Below are positions 1 to 9,112 of a stretch of 64,000 bases of DNA, piece after piece. Made by a program: the position numbers and the translations under genes. Source of the DNA: Candidatus Marinacidobacterales bacterium (GTDB taxonomy: Bacteria; Acidobacteriota; Vicinamibacteria; Marinacidobacterales; DATDRI01). The stretch spans positions 2,080,001 through 2,144,000 of the forward strand of contig OZ245365.1 in the NCBI GenBank assembly GCA_965226495.1, given 5' to 3'. The notes under the pieces are model-generated. The model ran no database searches, was not told the origin of the DNA, and was given only the letters and a program-made list of their open reading frames with translations. The number at the start of each line of letters is the position of its first letter. Positions within the stretch are counted from its first letter, which is position 1.

Positions 1-950
1 GCTCCCGCGTAGAAAATGAACATCAGAAGCAGATAGAACTTAGCCTTACTGTTCGCTCCGGCGAACTCCTTCCACACGAAGATTCCCCAGACGGCGGCAA
101 CCATGGGCGCACTCTGGCCGATGGCGTAGGAGATTGCGAAGCCAGCGGTACGACCAGCGATCAAATTGAAGGCGGTGCCGATGCACCAGATGAAGCCGCC
201 GACGAGGCCCAGAACGTGCCAGCTCGGCGCGCCCTGCACGTAGCCCGACAAAGAGACCGGCTCTCCCACCAGTGGTTTCTCCATGAAGTAGATGTTGAAG
301 ATGAAGGTCGAGACTAGGGCGGCCAACGTGAAGAAGACCACGCTCGTGTAGGGGGTCAACTGACCGGCGCCGGACGCCATGGAGGCCGCGGTGAAGGGCG
401 ACCAGCCTCCCATGAGGAGACCGCTCACGATGCAGATCCAGATTCCCTTCTTCGTGACCTTGAGCTTTCCACCTCCCAGCTCTTTGTAGGCGAGCGCATC
501 GGCGATGATGGCAACGAGCGCGAGTACAACACCGACGGCGAGCAACCGGACATCGCCCTTCGGCTCCACCAAGTAGGTCACGATGGTTCCCACGACCAGC
601 GCCGTGCCAATAGCCACCGGAAAGGCGACGGCCAGGCCGGCGATGGCAATGGCGGCGACCAGCAAGATGTTCGCGAGATTGAATACCGTCCCCCCGATCA
701 TCGCGAGGCCTAGTCGCGAGCCGGTGGCTTGCATCAGGTTCGGCATGAAGGCTTCCTCACCGCCGCCCCAGCTGCCGAGCGTGAAGGCGAGAAGTAACGC
801 CATCACGAAGATGCCGATGGCGTAGTCCCAGTAGAAGAGCTCGAAGCGGACGTCTTTGGTGAGTTTATAAGTGTTGGCCCAGGAGCCCCAGCAGATCATG
901 CAGATGATCATTAAAAGGAGGGCGAGCCCGTAAGATTCGGGTATGAACAT
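1..950 (-). CDS. GRP/ureide-permease-like DMT-superfamily transporter, 3' end runs off the window
   Basis: Not in the ORF track. Hand translation from ATG at 950 gives MFIPESYGLALLLMIICMICWGSWANT...RFELFYWDY...ISYAIGQSAPMVAAVWGIFVWKEF, a hydrophobic multi-TM protein with motifs typical of this family. Confidence 0.8.
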   Translation of the reverse strand, partial: MFIPESYGLALLLMIICMICWGSWANTYKLTKDVRFELFYWDYAIGIFVMALLLAFTLGSWGGGEEAFMPNLMQATGSRLGLAMIGGTVFNLANILLVAAIAIAGLAVAFPVAIGTALVVGTIVTYLVEPKGDVRLLAVGVVLALVAIIADALAYKELGGGKLKVTKKGIWICIVSGLLMGGWSPFTAASMASGAGQLTPYTSVVFFTLAALVSTFIFNIYFMEKPLVGEPVSLSGYVQGAPSWHVLGLVGGFIWCIGTAFNLIAGRTAGFAISYAIGQSAPMVAAVWGIFVWKEFAGANSKAKFYLLLMFIFYAG

Positions 951-1026
951 TCTTCATTCCCCTTTCTCGCGATTGCGAGACCAGACGAAGATTCGAGCAC
1001 TCTAGCATAAAGTACCTGAAAAAGGA

Positions 1027-2103
1027 CTAGTGCATCGAGGCCGACGACGCGACCGGACGCTTCATCAGCTGGAGGAACGCCTCGATGAAACGGGGATAGT
1101 CCAGATCGAGCTGCACCGTTGCGTTGCGCACACCTTCCGGTGGTTTGCGGCCATTGCCCCAATAGAGCATCGCCCCGTACTCGGCGTCGTGGTCGATCTC
1201 GATGTCGACCGGCATCTCCTCGGAACGCGCAATGATCCCCGGCTCGATCAACGCCAGCACCGCGATCTGGTCGTACATCAGCGGCGAGGCGGCGTGCTCG
1301 GACCGTGAGAGGAACGTGTCGGCGAAGTAACGGGAGATAGGAGAGTTTCCCTCCGCGGCGGCAGTTGCGACGTCCTTGGTAAACGGAGCCTGCTCGCAGA
1401 TGTTCAGGGGGGCAATCGCGACTCGCCGCCAAGGAGCTCGGAGAACCATCCGCGCCGCCTCCGGATCCATCCAAAAGTTGAACTCGGGAAGCGTTCCGAT
1501 ACCTCCCCCCATAATAATGATCTCCTTTGCTAGGGTAGCGATGGCGGGATCCTTTGCTAGGGCGAGTGCGACGTTAGTCAGAGGCCCGATCGCGGCGAGC
1601 ACCACTTCTCCCGGATGCCGGTGGATCGTGTCGATGATGAAGTTGACCGCGTGGGAAGATTCCGCTTTCTTTTCGGCGAACTCGCCATCCGGAGGGCTGA
1701 CGTCCCGGGGGCCTGGCCCATCTTCTCGCCAGGCGCCCTTGTAACCGCCATCACTGGTTTCGCCGAAGAGGATCTCTCGTCGCTTGGTTTCCTCCTGGGT
1801 ATTTAGGAGGGGTCTCTCTGCGCCGGCGAAGACGGGGACATCCGGACGAGCAGCAATCTCCAGAATCCTCAAAGCGTTCGCTACCTCTTGTTCCAGCCAA
1901 TCGTTGCCGGTGACGACCGTGACGCCGAGCACGTCGACCTCCTCTGACTGTAGGAGAATGAGCAAGGCCATGGCGTCGTCGCTTGCGAAGCCGAGGTCGG
2001 TGTCCACGATGACCTTGAGCCGCCCGGACGATTCCTGGGCGGCGCCATTTGTCACAAAGAATACAGTATGCAAGCTAAATAAAAGTGCTGCCGATCTGAT
2101 CAT
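1027..2103 (-). CDS. Nucleoside hydrolase (IUNH family) with probable signal peptide
   Basis: DTDLGFASDD (DxDxxxDD), IGPLTNVA, IMGG and EFNFWMDPEAA motifs; hydrophobic N-terminus ending GAAQ. Confidence 0.9.
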   Translation of the reverse strand: MIRSAALLFSLHTVFFVTNGAAQESSGRLKVIVDTDLGFASDDAMALLILLQSEEVDVLGVTVVTGNDWLEQEVANALRILEIAARPDVPVFAGAERPLLNTQEETKRREILFGETSDGGYKGAWREDGPGPRDVSPPDGEFAEKKAESSHAVNFIIDTIHRHPGEVVLAAIGPLTNVALALAKDPAIATLAKEIIIMGGGIGTLPEFNFWMDPEAARMVLRAPWRRVAIAPLNICEQAPFTKDVATAAAEGNSPISRYFADTFLSRSEHAASPLMYDQIAVLALIEPGIIARSEEMPVDIEIDHDAEYGAMLYWGNGRKPPEGVRNATVQLDLDYPRFIEAFLQLMKRPVASSASMH

Positions 2104-2175
2104 GCGCCCGAGTCTATGAGACGACCTGCCTTCATATCAAGACTTCTAATAATGGCTTATGGTGGCAGTTTGGAA

Positions 2176-2205
2176 TTGACAGGCGGGACGCGCACTCGCT
2201 ACAAT
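2176..2205 (+). promoter_or_regulatory. Sigma70-type promoter for the TonB receptor
   Basis: TTGACA-18 nt-TACAAT about 95 nt upstream of ATG 2300; GGAGG RBS precedes the start. Confidence 0.6.
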
Positions 2206-2299
2206 CCTCACGCGTCAGCGAAAAGGGGAGGGGAGTCTGCGCCGGCCCGCGCAACGGTTCCCAAACGGCCGACATGCTCTGGGCAGAAACGGAGGCCAT

Positions 2300-5254
2300 A
2301 TGACCGAAAACAGAAATTGCTTCAAGGTTTTCATGACCGTTCTCATTTTCGTCTTTGGAACGACGGCTGGCTTCGCGCAGACCCTCGACCGAGGTGAGCT
2401 GAGTGGGACGGTCATGGACGAGACGGGCGCCGCCCTTCCAGGCGCGACGGTCACTGTGACCCACTTGGGAAGCGGATTGACCCGCGTTGTTGTCAGCGAT
2501 AGTTCGGGTCGCTATCGAGCTCCGTTGCTGCCCGTGGGACCTTACCGGATCCAAGCCGAGCTTGCCGGCTTCGCCACACTGACCCGAGAAGGTGTCGTTG
2601 TGACGGTGGGATCGGCGCCGATCATCGACCTGACATTGCCTCTGGCAAGCGTGACGGAAGCGATCACTGTGACCGCCGACACTCCGGTCGTGCAAACGTC
2701 GCGAGCGGTCACCAGCACGACCCTCAACCAGGAGGCCATTTCCACGCTGCCTATCAACGGCCGGGACTTCCGTAACTTCGCTCTGCTCTCGCCGAGCGTG
2801 CAACAAAACGAAGCCCTCCGTGCCACGCTTCGCTTCGGCGGGCAGTCGGGCGACTATTCGCTGGTTGCGGTCGACGGTGCCGACCAAACCAATGCCTTCT
2901 TCGCGGAGTACACCGGCTCCCTGGAGACTAAGAACTTCGCCATCTCGCAAGAGGCCATCCAGGAGTTCCAGGTCCTGACCAACGGGTTCAACGCCGAGTT
3001 CGGCCGGTCCACCGGAGGGGTGATGAATGTGGTCACCAAGTCGGGGACAAATCAGACGCGCGCTTCGGCCTTTGCCTTCTTTCGAGACGGCGGCCTCAAG
3101 GCCGACGACCCGTTCGGGAATCCGGCTGGCGAGTTTAGCCAGAAACAGTTTGGGGGGAGCATCGGCGGTCCCATTGCCAAGGACAAGGCCTTCTTTTTCC
3201 TCGCGGCCGATCTGCAAAGACAAGATCAGACGAGCTTTACTCAATTCCGGCGGAACGTGGACGGAATCGCCGTTCCCGAATACGGGATCGCCAACCTGGC
3301 GGATCTGGAAGGGCCTTTCGTCGGAAGTCAGGATCTATCCACGGTCTTTGGAAAAGTCGATTTCGACGTCGCCGCCAACCATCGCCTCACGGTGCGTATG
3401 AATTACAGCAAGAACGAGACCACCAACTTCACGGCGCGGGGGACAGGAGTCGTAGCGGCCTCGGAGAGCAACTTCGAAGATTTCAGCAATACGGCCCTTT
3501 CGTTCGTGACCAGCTTGACCAGCGTCATCGGGACGAACGCGTTCAACGAGTTCAAGTTCCAGTACGTATTCGAGGATCGGCCACGCGAAGCGAAATCCGA
3601 CCTTCCGCAGGTTTCAATATTCGACACTTGCTCCGGGGGTTGCTTCGGACGCGAGTTCTTCCTCCCCATCAAGGGCGACAACGTCAAGATCCAATTCCAG
3701 GATAGTTTCAGCTATCTCTTCGGAAGCCACGACGTGAAGTTCGGCGTCGACTGGAACTCGAACCAGATCACCAACAACTCCTTCATCGGCTGGTCGCGGG
3801 GCCAATGGGACTTCTTCAGTTTGGAGGATTTTCAACGCCGGGCGCCGGGTGGATTCATTCAGCGGCAGTTCTTCGCCCCCTTCGATGAAGAGACAACCGA
3901 GACGAATAACTATTGGACTCACGAGCTTGGCCTTTTCATTCAGGACAAGTGGCAGCCGAAATCGAACCTGACGGTCAACTACGGTCTCCGCTACGAGGCT
4001 CAGTACAATGGTGATCCCAAGTTCCCTATTTCCGGACCAGACGGTACGATGGGCATGGTTCGGCAGGCACCGGGTACGGACCTGATTCCGGTTCCTCAGA
4101 CGATTGCCAACGACACCAACAATTTTGCTCCCCGGCTAGGTGTCTCGTGGGATCCCACGAACGATGGCCGCACCGTGGTGCGTGCTGCCTGGGGACTCTA
4201 CTTCGGCCGGACGGCGAGCATCTTCATGCCGACCGGAGGCGCCGGGTTCCGTGACACGACTTCCTTTCTTTTTCCGCCACCGGCAGGTTTGACCTTCCCC
4301 GACACTCTTCCGAGTCAGATACCGCCGGCCGCCGGCGTTCCTTCTATCAACTTTGTTGCCAACAACTTCAACAACCCACGCACCATGAACCTCAACGTCG
4401 GTATCGAGCGGGAGGTTGCTGACAGCATGTCGATCGGGTTTGACTACATCTTCTCCGACACCAAGAGCTCTCGCATCGGCGGGTTCAATAGTCAGTTCGA
4501 TCAAAACACTTTCGCCCCAACCGGGACGGACGAGTTCGGTCGCAACGTGGGGATCGGTGTCTTCACCCGAGGACGGCCCGATCCGAACTTCTTCCAGGCC
4601 GATATGCTGTCCAGCCTCGGACGCGGCCGCTACAACGCCGTCACCGTGACCTTCAAGAAGGGCTTCACCGAGCGCGGCCAGTTCTTTGCGCACTACACCT
4701 GGTCGAAGGATCAGTCGAATGCCGATGCAGAGCGGGATATCGGGATCAACATGGGGGTCGATAACCCGTTCGACGTGGAGTCGGCGTTCGGTCTCGATGA
4801 GCGGGACATGCCACATCGCTTCGTATTTCAGGGAACGGTGGATGTCGGGGCGGGCTTTTTGGTGAGCGGACTCGGCACTTTCCGCAGCGGTCGTGCCCTC
4901 GCCGCCTTCAACGACGTGGACGTCAACGGAGACGGCATCGGCAATCCTCCGTTCGACCGTCCGGTCGATGGCGGGGGCATCGTGGCGCGCTTTCCGGAGA
5001 GTCAGCCTAATTTCTATAACGTCGACATGCGCGTACAGTGGAGCGCCAACCTGGGTGGAGGAGGCGAGCTGGATCTCATCTTCGAGGTCTTCAACTTGTT
5101 CAACTTCAGCAACTACATCGCCACTCTCAATCATTTCACGGCACCGGCCTATGGTGCATGCAGCGCCGATCCGAACAGGGCTCTTTGCGACGCTTTTCTT
5201 GGCACGCCGAGAGAAGCTCAAATCGGCTTGAGGTGGAGATTCGGCGGAAATTAA
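2300..5254 (+). CDS. TonB-dependent receptor, Oar-like, with N-terminal carboxypeptidase-regulatory-like domain
   Basis: 984 aa; signal peptide; GTVMDETGAALPGATV, LPINGRDF, AEFGRSTGGVMNVVTKSGTN, NNFAPRLG; C-terminal REAQIGLRWRF. Confidence 0.92.
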   Translation: MTENRNCFKVFMTVLIFVFGTTAGFAQTLDRGELSGTVMDETGAALPGATVTVTHLGSGLTRVVVSDSSGRYRAPLLPVGPYRIQAELAGFATLTREGVVVTVGSAPIIDLTLPLASVTEAITVTADTPVVQTSRAVTSTTLNQEAISTLPINGRDFRNFALLSPSVQQNEALRATLRFGGQSGDYSLVAVDGADQTNAFFAEYTGSLETKNFAISQEAIQEFQVLTNGFNAEFGRSTGGVMNVVTKSGTNQTRASAFAFFRDGGLKADDPFGNPAGEFSQKQFGGSIGGPIAKDKAFFFLAADLQRQDQTSFTQFRRNVDGIAVPEYGIANLADLEGPFVGSQDLSTVFGKVDFDVAANHRLTVRMNYSKNETTNFTARGTGVVAASESNFEDFSNTALSFVTSLTSVIGTNAFNEFKFQYVFEDRPREAKSDLPQVSIFDTCSGGCFGREFFLPIKGDNVKIQFQDSFSYLFGSHDVKFGVDWNSNQITNNSFIGWSRGQWDFFSLEDFQRRAPGGFIQRQFFAPFDEETTETNNYWTHELGLFIQDKWQPKSNLTVNYGLRYEAQYNGDPKFPISGPDGTMGMVRQAPGTDLIPVPQTIANDTNNFAPRLGVSWDPTNDGRTVVRAAWGLYFGRTASIFMPTGGAGFRDTTSFLFPPPAGLTFPDTLPSQIPPAAGVPSINFVANNFNNPRTMNLNVGIEREVADSMSIGFDYIFSDTKSSRIGGFNSQFDQNTFAPTGTDEFGRNVGIGVFTRGRPDPNFFQADMLSSLGRGRYNAVTVTFKKGFTERGQFFAHYTWSKDQSNADAERDIGINMGVDNPFDVESAFGLDERDMPHRFVFQGTVDVGAGFLVSGLGTFRSGRALAAFNDVDVNGDGIGNPPFDRPVDGGGIVARFPESQPNFYNVDMRVQWSANLGGGGELDLIFEVFNLFNFSNYIATLNHFTAPAYGACSADPNRALCDAFLGTPREAQIGLRWRFGGN

Positions 5255-5278
5255 TCCTCCGTAAGAACTGCTAGAATG

Positions 5279-5311
5279 ATGCCGGGGCCCGTTGGGACCC
5301 CGGCATTTTTT
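5279..5311 (+). terminator. Rho-independent terminator after the TonB receptor
   Basis: ATGCCGGGG...CCCCGGCAT stem followed by a T-run; implies the next gene starts at ATG 5312. Confidence 0.75.
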
Positions 5312-6742
5312 ATGACTCCGGCGCTGGTTGTTCTTGCATGGCTGGTTGCCCCACCCACGATCGTCCAGGAGGAGACGTTCGAAGAGGTGATTACGCGCGC
5401 GGTTGTATCGGAGCGTGAGGGCCGGCTTGAAGATGCCACTGTCGCGTTCCAAGAAGCAGCACGACTTCGGCGCGACCATCCCCGCGTTTACTACAGCCTC
5501 GCATGGACCCTGTTCCAAAGGGGCTTGCTCAACGAGGCCCTCGAAGCCGTGGACTCTGCCCTGCGGCTCGACTCCGACGAAGCACTTTTTCACCTTTTCC
5601 AGGGTAAGGTTTTCCACGAGCTTGGAAACCTGCGAGAAGCCGAGAGAGCTTACCTAGAAACCATTCGCTTGGATCCCGAATCGAGCGATGCGTACCTGGC
5701 GCTCGCCGATGTCTATGCGACCACCGAGCAGTTCGAGAAATCGGTCGACGCGCTCCGCGCCTATCTGAGGATTCATCCGCAGGATACGCGGGCGTTGTAT
5801 TTCTTGGCCGGCGCCTTGAGCGATCAAAAACGCAGGGAAGAGGCGCTCGAGGTTTTCAATCAGGTCATCGAGCGGGAGCCCGATCATTCGCGCGCCTGGT
5901 TCCACAAGGCGCGTCTCGAGGCTCAAGATCCAAAAAATGCGGAGCTGGCGCTCGGTAGTTACGAGAGGTCTCTTCAGTTGGACTCGGCTTACGCGTTTAC
6001 TTACTACGAGTATGGGGCGCTCCTAGGAAAGCTAGGTCGTCTCGAAGAGGGAATAGCGGCCCTCGAGAAAGCGGTCGAGTTGGCACCCGAGTTATCTCAG
6101 GCTACGTACGCGCTCGGGAATCTCCTGAGTCGGGCGGGTCGTACCGACGAGGCCAAAGCCTATCTGGAGCGTTTCAAGTCACAAAGAGATGAGCAAGCCC
6201 GAACCGACGAACGGGCCAGGCGGGCGGTAGCGGCCCTGGGTACGGGACGCCAGCTACTTGAGGGGAATCGTTTGGAGGAGGCGGCAGAGGCCTTTCTCGA
6301 GCTCACCGAACTCGATCCGAAGAGCCATCAAGGCTACTCTTATCTTGCCAAGACCTATCGGTCCTTGGGGCAGGTTGAGGTGGCGATCGCGTACATCCGG
6401 CGCGCCATCGAGCTCGCTCCCGGAGCCTCAGAATATCCGTACCTGCTTTCGCTTTTTCTGAAAGATCGGCGAGATTTCGCAGGCTCGGTGGAAGCGGCGC
6501 GGCGCGCGGTAGCCTTGGGTCCAGGGAACTCAATGCTTCATAACGCCTTGGGGGTTATCTTGAGCGAGGCCGGCGATGCGCGAGGGGCCGTTGCGGCGTT
6601 CGAGGCCGCCGCCGAGCTCGATCCGGAGAACCCAACCTACAGTCTTAACCTCGCCGCTGCCTACGAAAGGATCGGGTCTGTGGAAAAAAGTGCCGTGGCT
6701 ATGGAGCGCTACCGGCAGCAGGTCGCAGCGCCGCCACCGTAG
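5312..6742 (+). CDS. Tetratricopeptide repeat protein, probably exported
   Basis: Many TPR units (A...LG...G...EA...Y..A..L.P). The ORF track starts at 5276, inside the terminator. Confidence 0.85.
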   Translation: MTPALVVLAWLVAPPTIVQEETFEEVITRAVVSEREGRLEDATVAFQEAARLRRDHPRVYYSLAWTLFQRGLLNEALEAVDSALRLDSDEALFHLFQGKVFHELGNLREAERAYLETIRLDPESSDAYLALADVYATTEQFEKSVDALRAYLRIHPQDTRALYFLAGALSDQKRREEALEVFNQVIEREPDHSRAWFHKARLEAQDPKNAELALGSYERSLQLDSAYAFTYYEYGALLGKLGRLEEGIAALEKAVELAPELSQATYALGNLLSRAGRTDEAKAYLERFKSQRDEQARTDERARRAVAALGTGRQLLEGNRLEEAAEAFLELTELDPKSHQGYSYLAKTYRSLGQVEVAIAYIRRAIELAPGASEYPYLLSLFLKDRRDFAGSVEAARRAVALGPGNSMLHNALGVILSEAGDARGAVAAFEAAAELDPENPTYSLNLAAAYERIGSVEKSAVAMERYRQQVAAPPP

Positions 6743-6745
6743 ACC

Positions 6746-7558
6746 ATGACCGATTGGGGAAACGCGCTGGCGCGTTCATATGCGCAAGCCAAACGAGGCG
6801 AAGGCGGGTTCACCTGCGCACAGATCCGCGACCTCACGAAGATCGACTTAGGCGACGAGTTTTCGCTGGTGATTGCGGTAGATTCCGACGGGGGTATCGG
6901 CTCTCGTGCACACGATCTGGTCAAAGTTCGCGAGTACGTCTTGGGACGATTCGCGATGAGAGTTCCTCTCATGGAGGTTCTCTCGTGTGGCGCGCTTCCC
7001 GTCGCCGCCTTCGACATGCTCACCGTGCCAATGGACGAGCTCGGTCGGGAAATTGTTCGCGGGGTGCGTGACGAGCTTGCGGAAGCCGGACTGGGTGCCG
7101 ACTTCCCATTGTCCGGAAGCACCGAAGATAACGTGCCCACCAATGCGACCGGAGTAGCAACGACGGTTCTAGGCGTTGTGCATCAGGACGATTTTCGTCC
7201 CGGAAGCTCTAGAGCCGGGGACAGAGTGCTGTGCGTAGGCCTTCCCAAGTCAGCGCCCGATGATGAGATTACTCTGGAAGACAAAGAGATTGTCCGGCTA
7301 TCGCATATCGCCAAATTATTGCGGATGGACGGTGTTCACGACGTTTTACCTGTGGGTTCGCGGGGAGTTTCGTACGAGGCGCGCGAGCTGGCGAGCTCGG
7401 CGGGCCTCGAGTTGATCGTGACTCGCGACACGAAGTTGGACGTAGACAAATCGGCAGGCCCTTCTACCTGCGTACTCTTATCCGTCTCCGCCGAGGAGAG
7501 CGTATCGGTAGCTCGAGGATTGAGCGTTCCCGTGACGGAGACTGGAACGCTCGCCTAG
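6746..7558 (+). CDS. AIR-synthase-superfamily protein resembling alpha-ribazole kinase CblS
   Basis: QIRDLT, VDSDGGIG...HD, RVPLMEV, GSTEDNVPT, PVGSRGVSYE and KSAGPSTC match my recollection of CblS-type proteins. Confidence 0.65.
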   Translation: MTDWGNALARSYAQAKRGEGGFTCAQIRDLTKIDLGDEFSLVIAVDSDGGIGSRAHDLVKVREYVLGRFAMRVPLMEVLSCGALPVAAFDMLTVPMDELGREIVRGVRDELAEAGLGADFPLSGSTEDNVPTNATGVATTVLGVVHQDDFRPGSSRAGDRVLCVGLPKSAPDDEITLEDKEIVRLSHIAKLLRMDGVHDVLPVGSRGVSYEARELASSAGLELIVTRDTKLDVDKSAGPSTCVLLSVSAEESVSVARGLSVPVTETGTLA

Positions 7559-7579
7559 GACGCTCGTCGGACAGTCGCT

Positions 7580-8017
7580 CTACCGCACCATCAACCACGT
7601 CCCGAAGAGAAGCGACGTCACTCCCAGAGTGCGTGCGATATCGAAGGGACGCACGTTGGTACCGAACAATCCGAAGTGGTCGACGAGCGCTCCCACCGTG
7701 AGCTGTGCGGCAACGAAAAGAGTGATCGTCGTTCCCACACCGAGCCGCGGGATCGCGTAGTTGATCGCGCTCAGTATGCCGACGCCTAGGGTGCCCGCGC
7801 CCAGCGCATACCAGGGTACCGTACGCCACTGAGCGATATTCCCGCCGCCCTGGCCGAGCAGCAGGATAGCGGCGAGGAGCGTCCCGCCGATGTGAATGAT
7901 GAGCACGCTTGCCATCAATCCCACGCGCTGTCCCATGAGACTGGCCAGCGTTGCCTGAAGCGCGGCCGCAACGCCTCCGGAGAACGCGACCAGGAGCTTG
8001 AACGCCATTCCCAACAT
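7580..8017 (-). CDS. DMT family transporter (YdcZ/DUF606-like)
   Basis: GGVAAALQA...PWYALGAGTLGV...PRLGVG...AQL..GALVDHFG. Start chosen from the GGAGG RBS; the ORF-track start (8110) overlaps the divergent gene. Confidence 0.8.
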   Translation of the reverse strand: MLGMAFKLLVAFSGGVAAALQATLASLMGQRVGLMASVLIIHIGGTLLAAILLLGQGGGNIAQWRTVPWYALGAGTLGVGILSAINYAIPRLGVGTTITLFVAAQLTVGALVDHFGLFGTNVRPFDIARTLGVTSLLFGTWLMVR

Positions 8018-8087
8018 CTGCATCACCCTCCACGTGTCATCGGCAGGTCGCGGTCCATACCGGATTGCCGTGGTATCCTCTGGAACC

Positions 8088-9089
8088 ATGGCGAGTATAA
8101 AAGAACGCATCTATGGTTGTCTGGTCGGTGTCGCCGCCGGGGACGCTATGGGGATGCCAACTTCCCTCATGAGTCGGGAGGCTATTAAGGAGACTTTCGG
8201 GGAGTACATCGAGGACTTCCTGCCGGCGCCCAAGGGACACGTCATTCATGATCGCATGGTGGCCGGACAAATCACCGACGATACGCAACACACGCTTCTG
8301 ATTGCCGACTCCATCATTCAAAAGGGACGAGTCGATCCGCACGATATCGCCGCTAGATTGATGAAGTGGGCGGAGGAGATGGGGGCCTTTGAGGGGTTGA
8401 TCGTGGGACCGAGCTCGTTGAGGGCGCTGCACCGACTCCGTCAGGGGGTACCCATCGAAGAGTCCGGCGTCACGGGAGATACCAATGGCGCTTCCATGAG
8501 GGTCTCGACGGTGGGGATCTATGGGGGTGGTGATCTCGGGAAAACGGTAGATGCCGTGGCGGCTGCCTGCATGCCGACCCACAACACGAACATCGCTATC
8601 GCGGGCGCGAGCGCAGTGGCTATGGTCATCGGTTGCGGCATCGCCGGCAGCGGGGACGTTGACGAGTTGATATCGCGAGCGCTCGAAGCGGTGGAGCTCG
8701 GTAGCAGCAAGGGGCGAGCCTGGTACGGGGCGTCGATCGTCAAACGTACCAAGCGGGCGCTCGAAATCGTCGAGGGTTCCACGGATCGCGATACGATCAT
8801 GAACGAGCTTTACGATGTCGTGGGCGCTGGCGTAGCCACGACCGAGACGGTACCGGTCTGCCTTGCCATGCTGAAGCTCGCCCAGGGAGAACCGGTGGAC
8901 GCCATCCGCCTGGCCACCAATTTGGGAGGGGATTGCGATACGACGGCCAGTATCGTGGGCGGCATGTGTGGCGCGATTGCCAGTATAAACGCCTTTCCGG
9001 TAGAGTGGATCGACAAACTGGAAGAGGTAAACGGCCTGCACCTCGAGGACTACGCCGATAAACTGACGCAGGTGGTTTCGAGCACTTAA
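8088..9089 (+). CDS. ADP-ribosylglycohydrolase family protein
   Basis: GVAAGDAMGMP, TDDT, TNGASMR, PTHNT and GGDCDTTASIVG motifs; ATG 8088 (MASIKERIYG) is the plausible start. Confidence 0.9.
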   Translation: MASIKERIYGCLVGVAAGDAMGMPTSLMSREAIKETFGEYIEDFLPAPKGHVIHDRMVAGQITDDTQHTLLIADSIIQKGRVDPHDIAARLMKWAEEMGAFEGLIVGPSSLRALHRLRQGVPIEESGVTGDTNGASMRVSTVGIYGGGDLGKTVDAVAAACMPTHNTNIAIAGASAVAMVIGCGIAGSGDVDELISRALEAVELGSSKGRAWYGASIVKRTKRALEIVEGSTDRDTIMNELYDVVGAGVATTETVPVCLAMLKLAQGEPVDAIRLATNLGGDCDTTASIVGGMCGAIASINAFPVEWIDKLEEVNGLHLEDYADKLTQVVSST

Positions 9090-9112
9090 TCCCCTTATCA
9101 CCCCATATCATT

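Noticed and set aside
2132-5617. Long minus-strand ORFs (370 aa, 493 aa) opposite the TonB receptor
   Set aside because: Antisense shadows expected from GC3 bias; no motifs. The same applies to the many shadow and alternate-frame ORFs elsewhere, such as 8037-9101 and 17023-18024.
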